Positions 1-9,601 are shown, numbered from the stretch's first letter. The stretch: DNA of 31,622 nt from Candidatus Hermodarchaeota archaeon (GCA_016839365.1 JAEOUH010000009.1:1-31622), one strand, 5' to 3'. Notes: generated by a model not told the origin, from the sequence alone. Translations and numbers: made by a program.

Positions 1-264
1 CATCTTTATCCTTCAAAGGACGCTGCTGCAATGCAAGAACAGGTCCACATCAAAAAACGACATGGCACTGAGGAGGCGGCGCCGCCACCTGCCATGAAAC
101 CAGCTAAACCTGTGGCTGAAGAGAAGAAAGAGGAAGTCCAAGAGGAACCCAAAGAAAAGGCTGAAAAACCACAAGGGCCGCCTGTAAAGAAGGAAGCTGA
201 AAAGCCCGAGCGAGAAGAGGACAAAAAGGAGAAACCCAAGGCGGAGAAAAAGGAAGAATCATAA
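1..264 (+). CDS. rps24e: 30S ribosomal protein S24e, 3' part (5' truncated by window), with long Glu/Lys/Pro-rich C-terminal tail
   Basis: Frame 1 is open from base 1 (HLYPSKDAAAMQEQVHIKKRHG...), resembling the S24e C-terminus. It lies directly upstream of rps27ae-kae1, the conserved archaeal order. Confidence 0.75.
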   Translation, partial: HLYPSKDAAAMQEQVHIKKRHGTEEAAPPPAMKPAKPVAEEKKEEVQEEPKEKAEKPQGPPVKKEAEKPEREEDKKEKPKAEKKEES

Positions 265-297
265 TTCGATTCTAGAACCAATAAAAGGTGAAATCCG

Positions 298-480
298 ACG
301 ACAAAAACTCACGAATACTATTCTGTTGGAAAAGATGGAAAACTCGACCGTAAACGCAGGTCATGTTCACGCTGCGGCGAAGGCACCTTCATGGCAGAAC
401 ATGCCAATCGGTTCCACTGTGGCCGCTGTGGATTTACAGAATTTAAGCCCTCAAAGAAGGGTGAGGGGAAAGAAACTTAG
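298..480 (+). CDS. rps27ae: 30S ribosomal protein S27ae (eS31), not ubiquitin-fused; start codon non-canonical or uncertain
   Basis: Manual translation gives (T/M)[59 protein letters not shown], with a C4 zinc ribbon (CSRC...CGRC) and the FMAEH motif. SD AGGTGA at 286-291. Missed by the ORF track. Confidence 0.92.
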   Translation, partial: TTKTHEYYSVGKDGKLDRKRRSCSRCGEGTFMAEHANRFHCGRCGFTEFKPSKKGEGKET

Positions 481-565
481 ACACAGCAACCCACTTACCC
501 TTTGGTGGTTTATCAGGGTCACGTCCTGTGTCAAGCAGCCTGATTTTAGGTCTGGTTAGGTCAAG

Positions 566-1552
566 ATGGTTATTCTAGGTATTGAAAGCACAGCACATAC
601 CTTCGGCATTGGTATAGTGGATACCACAGGACAAATTCTTGCTGATGTAAAGGCCGTATATTCTCCCCAAGAAGGTGGGATTCATCCTCGAGAAGCAGCC
701 GAACACCATCAAGCCTATGCACTCCGTGTGTTATCCAAAGCATTAGCTCAGGCTAACATTTCCAATGATCAGGTGAATGGAATCGCTTTTTCACAGGGAC
801 CTGGTCTACCTCCTGCACTTCGCGTAGGTGCTGTGTTTGCACGGAGCCTTGCTACAAGCCTTGGTGTTCCTCTTCTCGGTGTCAATCATTGTGTTGCCCA
901 CATTGAACAGGCCAGGTTCTTCACAAAGGCCAACCATCCACTCGTTATCTATTTGTCTGGTGGCAATACGCAAATAACCACTCTGATTGCACAGCGATAT
1001 CGGATTTTCGGGGAAACTTTGGACATCGCGTTGGGTAATATGCTGGATATGTTCGCGCGGGAAGCGAATTTGAAACACCCAGGTGGACCAAAAATCGAAC
1101 AATTAGCCCTTCAAGCGAAGAATGGGTATCATGAACTACCATACACGGTGAAGGGCATGGACCTGGCCTTTTCCGGGTTGTTAACGGCTTCAAAGCAGCT
1201 GCTCTCACAAGGTGTTTCCCTCGAAGAGGTCAGCTATAGCCTTCAAGAAACGGCGTTTTCAATGATAGCTGAAGTAACTGAGCGAGCCTTAGCCCACACA
1301 CAACGAAAGGAACTGATAGTCACTGGAGGGGTTGCAGCCAATTCCCGACTGAAGGAAATGCTTCAAATCGTAGCAGAAGAGCAATCAGCTCAATTTGCCT
1401 CAGTACCTCGGAAATACGCAGGGGATAATGGATCCATGATTGCATACAACGGCTTGCTTCTCCTTCAGGCAGGTAAACGAACAGCAATCTCTGAAAGCCG
1501 GGCCCAACCTAGATGGCGTCTGGATCAAGTCGACATACCTTGGGGGGCGTGA
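566..1552 (+). CDS. kae1: KEOPS tRNA N6-threonylcarbamoyltransferase Kae1
   Basis: LGIESTAHT, GGIHPREAAEHH, VNHCVAHIE (HxxxH metal site), YLSGGNTQ, GETLDIALGN, GDNGSMIA. Confidence 0.97.
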   Translation: MVILGIESTAHTFGIGIVDTTGQILADVKAVYSPQEGGIHPREAAEHHQAYALRVLSKALAQANISNDQVNGIAFSQGPGLPPALRVGAVFARSLATSLGVPLLGVNHCVAHIEQARFFTKANHPLVIYLSGGNTQITTLIAQRYRIFGETLDIALGNMLDMFAREANLKHPGGPKIEQLALQAKNGYHELPYTVKGMDLAFSGLLTASKQLLSQGVSLEEVSYSLQETAFSMIAEVTERALAHTQRKELIVTGGVAANSRLKEMLQIVAEEQSAQFASVPRKYAGDNGSMIAYNGLLLLQAGKRTAISESRAQPRWRLDQVDIPWGA

Positions 1553-1559
1553 ATCTATT

Positions 1560-2201
1560 ATGTCGCAACTACTCGCAAAAGGGGCGGAAGCCTCACTGTA
1601 CCTGGAGAACTTTTATGGGTATCCTTCTGTCCGCAAATATCGTCGACCCAAGCCCTATCGACTGCCCCAATTAGATGCCAAACTACGTACTGATCGAACA
1701 ATACGCGAAGCACGATCACTTGCTGCTGCACGTCAGAGTGGGGTTGCTACGCCCATTCTCTATCAAGTTGATTTAGAGAATGCGACCATAGTCATGGAAT
1801 ACATTGCTGGGCAACGTGTTAAGGAACAGGTTCCTAGCTTGAAGAAAACCCAACGGCGGAGGTTATTCAATGGAATCGGCAAAGCTGTTGCTCGTTTACA
1901 TCTAAATGAGATGACTCATGGAGACCTTACGACCTCCAACTTGTTGCTGGGTCCATCCCATCTCATCTATTTTGTTGATTTTGGGCTTGCGATGGTCACA
2001 AATAATATTGAAGACTTTGGGACAGACCTTCATCTATTGCGCCGCGCCCTTCTGAGCACTCATCACACACACTGGGAAGACTGTTATAATGCAGTCCAAG
2101 AAGGATACAGCGCAACCTTTGGAGATAGAAGCGATGAAGTTTTCCGCAAGGTTGAAGCAATAGAAAGCCGTGGGCGCTACATCACAGAAAGAATCCGGTG
2201 A
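1560..2201 (+). CDS. bud32: KEOPS kinase/ATPase Bud32
   Basis: KGAEASLY, K..KPYR.P.LD..LR..RT.REAR, HGDLTTSN, DFGLA, C-terminal RGRY. ATG 1560 is preferred over the ORF-track start 1440, which overlaps kae1. Confidence 0.95.
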   Translation: MSQLLAKGAEASLYLENFYGYPSVRKYRRPKPYRLPQLDAKLRTDRTIREARSLAAARQSGVATPILYQVDLENATIVMEYIAGQRVKEQVPSLKKTQRRRLFNGIGKAVARLHLNEMTHGDLTTSNLLLGPSHLIYFVDFGLAMVTNNIEDFGTDLHLLRRALLSTHHTHWEDCYNAVQEGYSATFGDRSDEVFRKVEAIESRGRYITERIR

Positions 2202-2206
2202 ACCAC

Positions 2207-2785
2207 ATGACACAGGGACCACTCCTTTTTGTTACTGGAAACAAAAATAAATTCGCTGAAGCCCAGCAGATTACGAAGCGTGCAGGGATTGTAATTGAGC
2301 AATTTCACGATCGGCCGACTGAAATCCAATCGAGTTCTCTGCACAAGATAGCCCAACACAGCTGTGAAGTGGCGTTAAATCAGCTCAAGCGACCCCTCTT
2401 TATTGAGGATGCCGGGCTGTTCATCTACCACCTCAATGGCTTCCCCGGTCCATATTCTTCGTACGTTTTGAAAACCCTTGATAATCCAGGTATTCTGAAG
2501 CTCATGCAAGCTGAGAAAAATCGTTCCGCCGTATTTCGCAGCATTATAGCCTACGGAGAACCGGACCGAGAAATTCAACTCTTTGAAGGAGAAACCAGGG
2601 GAACAATATCGCGGCGAATTCGTGGCACCGAATGGGGATTTGATCCAATTTTCATCCCTGATGAAGGCGATGGCTCTACCTATGCTGAAATGCCAGATGA
2701 TATGAAAAACCAGATCTCCCATCGGGCCAAATCGTTGGCAAAATTTGTCAATTGGTATCTGACATATGGTCCTGCGACCACATAA
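2207..2785 (+). CDS. rdgB: RdgB/HAM1 non-canonical purine NTP pyrophosphatase (XTP/dITP diphosphatase)
   Basis: FVTGNKNKFAE, EDAGLFI..LNGFPGPYS, GFDPIF, KNQISHR. SD GGTGA precedes ATG 2207. Confidence 0.95.
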   Translation: MTQGPLLFVTGNKNKFAEAQQITKRAGIVIEQFHDRPTEIQSSSLHKIAQHSCEVALNQLKRPLFIEDAGLFIYHLNGFPGPYSSYVLKTLDNPGILKLMQAEKNRSAVFRSIIAYGEPDREIQLFEGETRGTISRRIRGTEWGFDPIFIPDEGDGSTYAEMPDDMKNQISHRAKSLAKFVNWYLTYGPATT

Positions 2786-2886
2786 CAGAGATACAATTAA
2801 ATACCGTTGTCCATTCCTGCTCTCCGGTACTTAGCACCTAGGAAAGCTATTGAAGCAAGAATCTCTCATCACCTTGGTGAAATCTC

Positions 2887-3342
2887 ATGGCTCGAATGCA
2901 CTCCCCTCGAAAAGGAAAATCTCACTCCAAACGTCCAATCCGACTCGAAACTCCTGATTGGTGTCAACGGACACCAGAGGAAGTGGAAGAGCTCGTGGTT
3001 ACGCTAGCCAAGGAAGGTCATCAACCCTCCATGATTGGGCTTAAACTCCGAGACCAATATGGGATCCCCCTTGTGAAGGCGATCACCGGTAAGACCATTA
3101 CCCAGATTCTTAATGAAAATGAGCAATCATTACGCGTACCTGAGGACCTTTTCCATCTCATTAGTCGAGCCATTACTCTGCGAAGGCACCTTGAAGATGC
3201 GAAAAAGGACTTACACTCTCAATACGGACTCCGACTGATCGAGAGTAAAATACGACGCCTAGTGAAATATTACCGGCAACAGGGTGTTCTCCCTCAAGAC
3301 TGGAAATACACGCCAGAACAAGCCGCGCTCCTCATTCGCTAG
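2887..3342 (+). CDS. rps15: 30S ribosomal protein S15 (uS15/S13e)
   Basis: [45 protein letters not shown]. Confidence 0.98.
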   Translation: MARMHSPRKGKSHSKRPIRLETPDWCQRTPEEVEELVVTLAKEGHQPSMIGLKLRDQYGIPLVKAITGKTITQILNENEQSLRVPEDLFHLISRAITLRRHLEDAKKDLHSQYGLRLIESKIRRLVKYYRQQGVLPQDWKYTPEQAALLIR

Positions 3343-3368
3343 GCGCAAAGGGCTATTGGCTGATTTCC

Positions 3369-4865
3369 TTGACCCGCGACCTGGACCGTCTTTTAGAGGC
3401 TGCAGATTCGGTGGCAAGCCACATCAACGACTGGATTGAAGCCAATGAGCAAATTTTTGTGACCTCACACCTAGATGCAGATGGCCTATCTGCTGCAGGT
3501 ATTATCGGTTCCGCATTAAATCGCCGAAACACCCCTTTCCAACTACGAATCGCACGTCAACTCGACGAAGTCTACCTATCAGAAATTTCCGGGAAGGGCT
3601 TTAACCACTATATCTTCTGTGACCTCGGGAGTGGGCAGTTAACGCAAATTAAAGAGGTATTAGGTGATGCAGAGAGTATCATATTAGATCATCATCCTCC
3701 CGGGTCCCTGAGGGTTCCTTCCAATATCCGTCAAGTTAACCCCCATGAGTGTGGATTTGATGCCACTTACGAAATCTCTGGTGCAGGAGTTGCCTATCTT
3801 GTCTCCCGTCACCTTGGTGGCTCAAATGAAGATCTAGCGGCATTAGCTGTTGTAGGCGCTTTAGGTGATGTTCAAGATCGTGGAAAACAACACGACTTTG
3901 TCGGATTAAACAAAGAAATCATCGTTGAAGATGCAATCGCTGCCGGAGTCATCGATCGATCTATTGACCTGCGGATTTTTGGACGAGAAACCCGTCCTAT
4001 CCACATCGCCTTACAATACACAAGTGATCCGTACATTCCAGGGATTAGCAACGATGCCGACGGAGCTTTGAATTTTTTAGCTGATCTTGATATTGATCTC
4101 CGTGAAGGTGATGAGTGGCGTACAATCGCATCCCTCTCCAAAGACGAAAAACGGAAACTCAACTCATCCCTTGTAACCCATATGCTCAAGCAAAATATTC
4201 CGCCACGTGAAGCCCAATCACTAATTGGCGTGGTATTCACACTCCTTCAAGAAGAGAGGGGGAGCTATCTTCGTGACGCTCGCATGTTTTCCACTCTGCT
4301 TAATTCCACGGGCCGCTCGAACCAAGGCAGCATTGGCGTCGCAGTGTCCATGGGTGATCGGGGTGCACTTCTTAGAAAGGCCGAAAACATCCTCAAAGAA
4401 TATCGGGAACAACTCGCATTGGGTCTTCAATGGTTAACTGCTGATCCCGCGGCGATAAAGAAACTACGCCTCATTCAGACCTTTCATGCTGAAGGTCGCG
4501 TTCCTGATACCATCGTGGGGTCTATTGCTGGTATGGCGTTGAACGCCCGGATAATCGATTGGACCAAACCGATTATTGCCTTTGTGTATTCCCGCGAAGG
4601 ACATGTCAAAGTCTCGGGGCGCACAACACGAGAAATCGTTGAGGCTGGAGCAGACCTCGGTGAAGCCATGTCACAGGCCGCCGAGGAAATCGGTAGCGGA
4701 GCGGTCGGTGGTGGGCACAACATTGCAGCGGGCGCAACGATTCCGCGAGGTCAGGAAGAGCGATTCTTGGGGATAATTGAACGGATTCTCCAAAAACAAA
4801 TGGGGCGAATGAAAGAGGTGACTTCTGACTCAGAGGAGAGTGCGAATGAGGAAACAATTAAATAG
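3369..4865 (+). CDS. RecJ/Cdc45-like DHH family nuclease (GAN-like)
   Basis: SHLDADG, DLGSG, ILDHH, VNPH, GDVQD, GGGHNIAAGA (DHHA1). Conserved position between rps15 and rps3ae. TTG start. Confidence 0.9.
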   Translation: MTRDLDRLLEAADSVASHINDWIEANEQIFVTSHLDADGLSAAGIIGSALNRRNTPFQLRIARQLDEVYLSEISGKGFNHYIFCDLGSGQLTQIKEVLGDAESIILDHHPPGSLRVPSNIRQVNPHECGFDATYEISGAGVAYLVSRHLGGSNEDLAALAVVGALGDVQDRGKQHDFVGLNKEIIVEDAIAAGVIDRSIDLRIFGRETRPIHIALQYTSDPYIPGISNDADGALNFLADLDIDLREGDEWRTIASLSKDEKRKLNSSLVTHMLKQNIPPREAQSLIGVVFTLLQEERGSYLRDARMFSTLLNSTGRSNQGSIGVAVSMGDRGALLRKAENILKEYREQLALGLQWLTADPAAIKKLRLIQTFHAEGRVPDTIVGSIAGMALNARIIDWTKPIIAFVYSREGHVKVSGRTTREIVEAGADLGEAMSQAAEEIGSGAVGGGHNIAAGATIPRGQEERFLGIIERILQKQMGRMKEVTSDSEESANEETIK

Positions 4866-4928
4866 CTGAGTCTGATTTTGCCCTTCACGCTTCACGAAAA
4901 GCTACTATAGCACAAAAGGTAAAGAACC

Positions 4929-5522
4929 ATGAGCCGACAATCCCGAGTTCGCGATAAGTGGCGCGAAAAACGCTGGTATATGATGGTGGCCCCCTCCTCA
5001 TTTGGGAACGTAGAAATCGGGGAGACACCTGCAGGAAACGCTAAGATCCTAGTGGGTCGGAAAGTGGAGACCACACTTTATGCCATCTCAGGCGACTTTA
5101 ATCAAATCCACATCAAACTCTACTTCCAGATCAATGAAGTGAAAGGTGAAAAAGCCTACACCCACTTTGCTGGCCACGACTTCTCTCGTGACTACCTACG
5201 CAGCCTCGTCCGAAGGGGAAGCAGCCGCATCGATGGCATCTTTGATGTGACAACCAAAGATGGCTACCAGATTCGGATTTATGCCATTGCCTTTCCACTT
5301 CGCCGAGCTAAAGCAACACAACAATCGGCTATTCGTGAAGTCATGGAAAAAATCATTACAAAACGCGCAAAACGCCTTAACTTCGATGCCTTCATCCAAG
5401 AATGTGTCCTTGGTAAAATAGGCAGTGACATCTACAACAAAGCGAAGACCATTTTTCCTCTCCGAAAAAGCGAGATCCGAAAAAGCAAGCTACTTACCCA
5501 ACCAGTCGCTGCGGCGGGCTAG
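4929..5522 (+). CDS. rps3ae: 30S ribosomal protein S3Ae (eS1)
   Basis: RDKWREKRWY, GRKVETTL, DYLRSLVRRGSSRID, IFPLRKSEIRKSK. Confidence 0.97.
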   Translation: MSRQSRVRDKWREKRWYMMVAPSSFGNVEIGETPAGNAKILVGRKVETTLYAISGDFNQIHIKLYFQINEVKGEKAYTHFAGHDFSRDYLRSLVRRGSSRIDGIFDVTTKDGYQIRIYAIAFPLRRAKATQQSAIREVMEKIITKRAKRLNFDAFIQECVLGKIGSDIYNKAKTIFPLRKSEIRKSKLLTQPVAAAG

Positions 5523-5660
5523 ACTTAGTCGCCATTGCAGCCTAGGTTTCCATTTTTCCACGTGCTGGTTGTCAGAAACGATAATACCTCCTTTAAGCGC
5601 GCGCATGTTATGGAGATATTAGACGGTTTTTATACGAGCTTGAAATCAGTTTTCTAACTT

Positions 5661-5712
5661 AAGAATGAGGTTTGAAAGCAAGGGCTTTAGACCGAGCCTC
5701 GCTTCTTTTTTT
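5661..5712 (+). ncRNA. Putative small hairpin RNA or terminator-like element
   Basis: TATA-like TTTTTATA at 5627-5634. Long stem AAGAA-UGAGGUUUG / CGAGCCUCG-C-UUCUU capped by AAAGC-AAGG-GCUUU, ending in a T7 tract (5706-5712). Confidence 0.4.
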
Positions 5713-5769
5713 GAACCGATTTAAAACAGTATTCTGCGAAAGCTGACCGGTAAGGCTTATTAACAATAG

Positions 5770-6084
5770 ATGCGCCAAATGGCTAGGGTCTGGCTTACTA
5801 TGTTTGCTCGAACACTCCAGCGGCAGGGTTTTTGGAAAGCCCGAAATGTAGAGAACGAATCCGGGCGGCGAATCTTTCTGAAGCACGATCTATATCTAGG
5901 TGGCATCTACGTTGAGGTAATGAATCGTGTTGCGGTTCTCCGGATTACTGAGTTGGGGATTGTTCGTGTCTTCAAGCGAGCTAAAGCCCTCAGAACATTT
6001 TTAGCCGAGCTTGAAGCCATGAAAGGTCGAATTGCCGTGGAATCACCTTCCCTCCATTCCCTAGTACAGCTCTCCAGCGAGTAG
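5770..6084 (+). CDS. Hypothetical basic protein, 104 aa
   Basis: ATG-initiated ORF filling the gap between rps3ae and the radical SAM gene, with AT-rich promoter-like sequence upstream. No recognised motif. Confidence 0.55.
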   Translation: MRQMARVWLTMFARTLQRQGFWKARNVENESGRRIFLKHDLYLGGIYVEVMNRVAVLRITELGIVRVFKRAKALRTFLAELEAMKGRIAVESPSLHSLVQLSSE

Positions 6085-6207
6085 ACGCCCGCTTTCTTTC
6101 GTTGCATCTTGTCCCATACTGGGACTCTCCCTTCGAATTCCATTCAAGGTAGAATATTTTTTTAACGAAGCTTCTGGGCTAGGGGAAAGACCATAATATC
6201 TTAACCT

Positions 6208-7794
6208 TTGAAGACACCTAAAGCTGGAATGAAAATGCCGTTACAATTTCGGGAGCGCAATGTTGTGAAGAAAGACTGGCGGAAGGTCCAGCTGCGTATG
6301 GCATTGTGTTATCCGAATGCGTATCGTGTTGGCATGACGAGTCTCGCTGTGCATTTGTTGTACGCACAGTTCAATGCTAATCCAGCGGTTGCATGTGAGC
6401 GAGTTTTTTATGTTCCCGGGGAGGCTCCAAGGTCGCTTGAGTCTGGACAACCTCTTTCTGAATTTGATGTTGTGGCCTTTTCTCTTCAGTTTGAAATCGA
6501 TTTCGTCCATGTAGTTGAGATGCTGGTTCGATCGGGGGTTCCACCGCTGGCAGCAAATCGAAAGCGTCCCTGGGTGATAGTTGGAGGTCCCTGTGCCCTG
6601 TCCAACCCCTTTCCTCTCCTCCCTTTCACCGATGTGGTTCAGGTTGGAGATATTGAACCGGTCTATACCCAGCTTCTTGATGCCCTTCTCACCGCCAAAT
6701 CCCAAGAAGATTTGAATGGTCGTTTGGATAATCACTTTTTGTTATCAGAAAAGGATCAAGCGGAACGCGCCTATATCACCGATTTAGATTCCGCGTTTCA
6801 TCCCATCTGTCAGGTGTTACCGGACCCGCCATTCCCTCCAGAGCTTGAGCCAACTTTTGGGCAGAGCCTTTTGGTTGAAATTTCTCGGGGGTGTGATCGG
6901 CGGTGCAATTTTTGCATGACTGGCTATCAAACCAGTCCGTGTCGTGAACGCACATTGAGTACGCTGAGCCGCCTTATCGATGAAGGAACTCGGTGTACCG
7001 TAGTAGACAAAGTAGCCTTGCTGGCCTCAGGATTTATTGACCACTCAGAACTTGTGCCACTTCTTACAACGATTGTAGATAAGGGGCACCAACTCTCTGT
7101 TCCTTCACTTCGCGCTGATCTCCCCAATCCGGAAATCCTTCCGTTGATTTTCCAAGGGGGACAACGCACACTTACCTTCGCTCCTGAGGCGGGTTCAGAG
7201 CGCCTTCGAACACTCATCGGAAAATCTATCCCTGATGACACTTTTCTGCAGACCTTTGAATCCGCATTGGATGCAGGTTTTTCACAGTTCAAACTATACT
7301 TTATGGTGGGATTGCCCACCGAGACCGATGATGATGTGGCTGCGATTCACGATTTTTGCCTCAGCCTATTAGCCTTAACTGAAAGAAGTCATCGTATCCA
7401 CGTGAGTGTGTCACCATTCATCCCCAAACCACATACCCCCTACCAATGGTTGGGTCTGAGCACGCTCAAAACGCTGAAAAAGCGGCTGCAAATTCTGGAA
7501 AATCTTCGGCGTTATGGACGCATCCAACTTGATTTGACTAATCCTCGATGGGCAGTTATTCAAACGGTCTTATCTCGAGGCTCAAGTAATCTAGCCCCCT
7601 TATTACTCGAAGTAGCACAACAAGAACAAATCACCGCAGGCACTTGGTTCCAAACCGGAAAACAACTAGGATTAAATCTCGAATCATTGGCCACCGCTGA
7701 TTACTCCACGGATACGACCTTTAGCTGGGACAGAATTGATGTGGGCATCAATCGCAATATTTTATTGCGACGGTTTGCCAACCTTGACCAGTAA
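6208..7794 (+). CDS. Radical SAM protein with N-terminal B12-binding-like domain (YgiQ/TIGR03960-like)
   Basis: CDRRCNFC (CxxxCxxC) preceded by EISRG, YPNAYRVGMTSL, GGPCALSNP, TFAPEAGSERLR, LYFMVGLP, FIPKPHTP. The start may be ATG 6229 or 6235. Confidence 0.9.
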   Translation: MKTPKAGMKMPLQFRERNVVKKDWRKVQLRMALCYPNAYRVGMTSLAVHLLYAQFNANPAVACERVFYVPGEAPRSLESGQPLSEFDVVAFSLQFEIDFVHVVEMLVRSGVPPLAANRKRPWVIVGGPCALSNPFPLLPFTDVVQVGDIEPVYTQLLDALLTAKSQEDLNGRLDNHFLLSEKDQAERAYITDLDSAFHPICQVLPDPPFPPELEPTFGQSLLVEISRGCDRRCNFCMTGYQTSPCRERTLSTLSRLIDEGTRCTVVDKVALLASGFIDHSELVPLLTTIVDKGHQLSVPSLRADLPNPEILPLIFQGGQRTLTFAPEAGSERLRTLIGKSIPDDTFLQTFESALDAGFSQFKLYFMVGLPTETDDDVAAIHDFCLSLLALTERSHRIHVSVSPFIPKPHTPYQWLGLSTLKTLKKRLQILENLRRYGRIQLDLTNPRWAVIQTVLSRGSSNLAPLLLEVAQQEQITAGTWFQTGKQLGLNLESLATADYSTDTTFSWDRIDVGINRNILLRRFANLDQ

Positions 7795-7824
7795 TCGATC
7801 ACAATCCTAGCTTGGGACCATATT

Positions 7825-8265
7825 ATGGTATCAACACGGAAAGCAACCAAGAAGAAAAAGACTCTAGATTCATCGGAGATACCAAACGAAGCAGAGGAGG
7901 AAACGGACCCTGATTGTGAGGATTTATCTGAAAAAATCTTAGAGCGTCTACCACACTTGGCAAACGAGGTCAAATCCTCTGGGTCCGAAGTCCGAGTTGA
8001 TGGGGTACGGTGGGAAGAGACACATCGAACCCACCAACCAGTGAGAAGCGGAGAAGAACCGTTTGCTGGGTATTCACCAGATGTGATTGATTTTCTACGA
8101 CGTTGTTCCACCGAGGATGAAGCCCTGGAAATCATCAACTTCTTAGAAAAGCGGGGCGAAATTAAAGCCCATCATGCTAAGGAGCTCCGCAACCAATTAG
8201 TACGCCGTGGCGTGCGAAGCTTTGGATCCAAAAAGAACTGGGGCCATTATGAACGCCAAGGCTAG
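7825..8265 (+). CDS. DUF2095 family protein
   Basis: GYSPDVIDFLRRCSTEDEALEIINFLEKRGEI...GVRSFGSKK.GHY matches the archaeal DUF2095 pattern as I recall it. Confidence 0.75.
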   Translation: MVSTRKATKKKKTLDSSEIPNEAEEETDPDCEDLSEKILERLPHLANEVKSSGSEVRVDGVRWEETHRTHQPVRSGEEPFAGYSPDVIDFLRRCSTEDEALEIINFLEKRGEIKAHHAKELRNQLVRRGVRSFGSKKNWGHYERQG

Positions 8266-8267
8266 TC

Positions 8268-9476
8268 TCAGTGAGTGGCTCCTGCAGCCACGATACGGAT
8301 TACATCATTGGCTTGTAATTCATAATTTTCTGCCACACGCTTTTTAGTTCGAGCGTCAAGGGCGTGGATGAACGTATCTCCTAACTCAGTATGGATTTTG
8401 TAGGCAAGTTGTCGAGCCGTGGTCCCCTTGGGAACCAGATAGACATCCGGAAGCACATTACCATCATGGTCTGAGAGCTTTCCCGCATCCTCAACCGGAT
8501 AGACTGGGATGAGTTGAAGGACGTCAAAGACCACCGTATTCAAGACTTGTTGAACCCCTGTGGATCCATACTGGTCCAAAATCTCTGTTTGTAATCGCTG
8601 TAATTGGGATTGTTCCGTCTCGCCTAGCTCATTGGGGGCTAAGATCTCAAAGCGAGTTCCACCCGGTTGATAGGAAATAACACCCTTTTCACTCAGATTA
8701 CGGAGCACAAATTCTCCTGCGGCAGTGCATGGAATCACGATTTCATCAGTTAGTCCACGTAGCGCCTCCAAGTGGTGGGCAGCCGTTGGGCGGTCAATTT
8801 TATTCGCTGCGATTACCATGGGCTTTGCACGTCGTCGTAGATAATGCACAAACCTTTCAAGCTCCTCATCCGTCCATTCGGTTGGTTTTGTCGTTGGCAG
8901 TTCAGCATCACGAATGGCGTTTTTAATCACCTGTTCGCTAATTTGGAGTCCTGAGAGTTTTTCGCCTAATAGGGCACTGATTTTCAGTTTCTCTGTTTCA
9001 GCTCTCCGTGAAATGCGCCGCCAGTCTCGTTGTAGGATTTGGACTAGCCACATGGTGATTTCTCGTTCAAGAAACTCAACATCCTGACGGGGATCCCAAG
9101 TTCCGGGTTCTACATCATGTCCCTCCCCATCTAAGGATCCGGATGTATCTATGACATGGATGAAGGCATCCGCACGGCTTAGGTCACTCAGAAACTCGTT
9201 ACCTCGCCCCCGTCCAAGGTGGGCATCAGGGACAAGGCCAGCAACATCTAACATATCGATGGGGATGAGGCGGATCCCATCGCGGCAAACGGAATTCTTG
9301 GCATTGCAGGTAACCTCAAATTCCTGACAAAGGCAATCGACACGAACATAGGCCGTTCCTGGGTTCGGGTCGATAGTGGTGAACGGGTAAGCTCCCACCT
9401 TGGCTGCGGTTCGACACGCGGCGTTTAAAAACGTGCTCTTCCCTGAAGAGGGTTTTCCAACAATTCCAATCAGCAC
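8268..9476 (-). CDS. ychF: Obg-family YchF/Ygr210-like ATPase/GTPase with C-terminal TGS domain
   Basis: IGIVGKPSSGKST (G1), YPFTTIDPN (G2), DVAGLVP (G3), ANKID (G4), TGS-like LAYKIHTELG. Real start is likely GTG at 9476 after SD GGGAGG, not 9608. Confidence 0.93.
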   Translation of the reverse strand: MLIGIVGKPSSGKSTFLNAACRTAAKVGAYPFTTIDPNPGTAYVRVDCLCQEFEVTCNAKNSVCRDGIRLIPIDMLDVAGLVPDAHLGRGRGNEFLSDLSRADAFIHVIDTSGSLDGEGHDVEPGTWDPRQDVEFLEREITMWLVQILQRDWRRISRRAETEKLKISALLGEKLSGLQISEQVIKNAIRDAELPTTKPTEWTDEELERFVHYLRRRAKPMVIAANKIDRPTAAHHLEALRGLTDEIVIPCTAAGEFVLRNLSEKGVISYQPGGTRFEILAPNELGETEQSQLQRLQTEILDQYGSTGVQQVLNTVVFDVLQLIPVYPVEDAGKLSDHDGNVLPDVYLVPKGTTARQLAYKIHTELGDTFIHALDARTKKRVAENYELQANDVIRIVAAGATH

Positions 9477-9601
9477 TAAATGTCGCCTCCCTGCATTATT
9501 ATTAACGATAACAAATAAATGACAGCGATTGCTGCATTGGAAGATAACAATCCATCCCAACGAAAAGAAAAACATTGTGAAATGAAGGTTTGGTGAAACA
9601 C

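Noticed and set aside
326-559. 77-aa ORF in the ORF track
   Set aside because: Wrong frame. It overlaps the real rps27ae (298-480).
480-565. Possible structured RNA between rps27ae and kae1 (GACACAG/CTGTGTC pairing plus a small hairpin)
   Set aside because: Short stems with no recognisable boxes. Not distinguishable from chance without comparative data.
566-5522. Selenoprotein served by the SECIS-like hairpin
   Set aside because: Upstream genes end at their expected homologous C-termini, and no in-frame UGA interrupts a conserved domain.
5582-5621. Imperfect inverted repeat TAATACCTCC/GGAGATATTA and a minus-strand SD-like AAAGGAGGT
   Set aside because: No usable start codon or ORF follows the SD-like sequence, and the repeat is imperfect with a long spacer.
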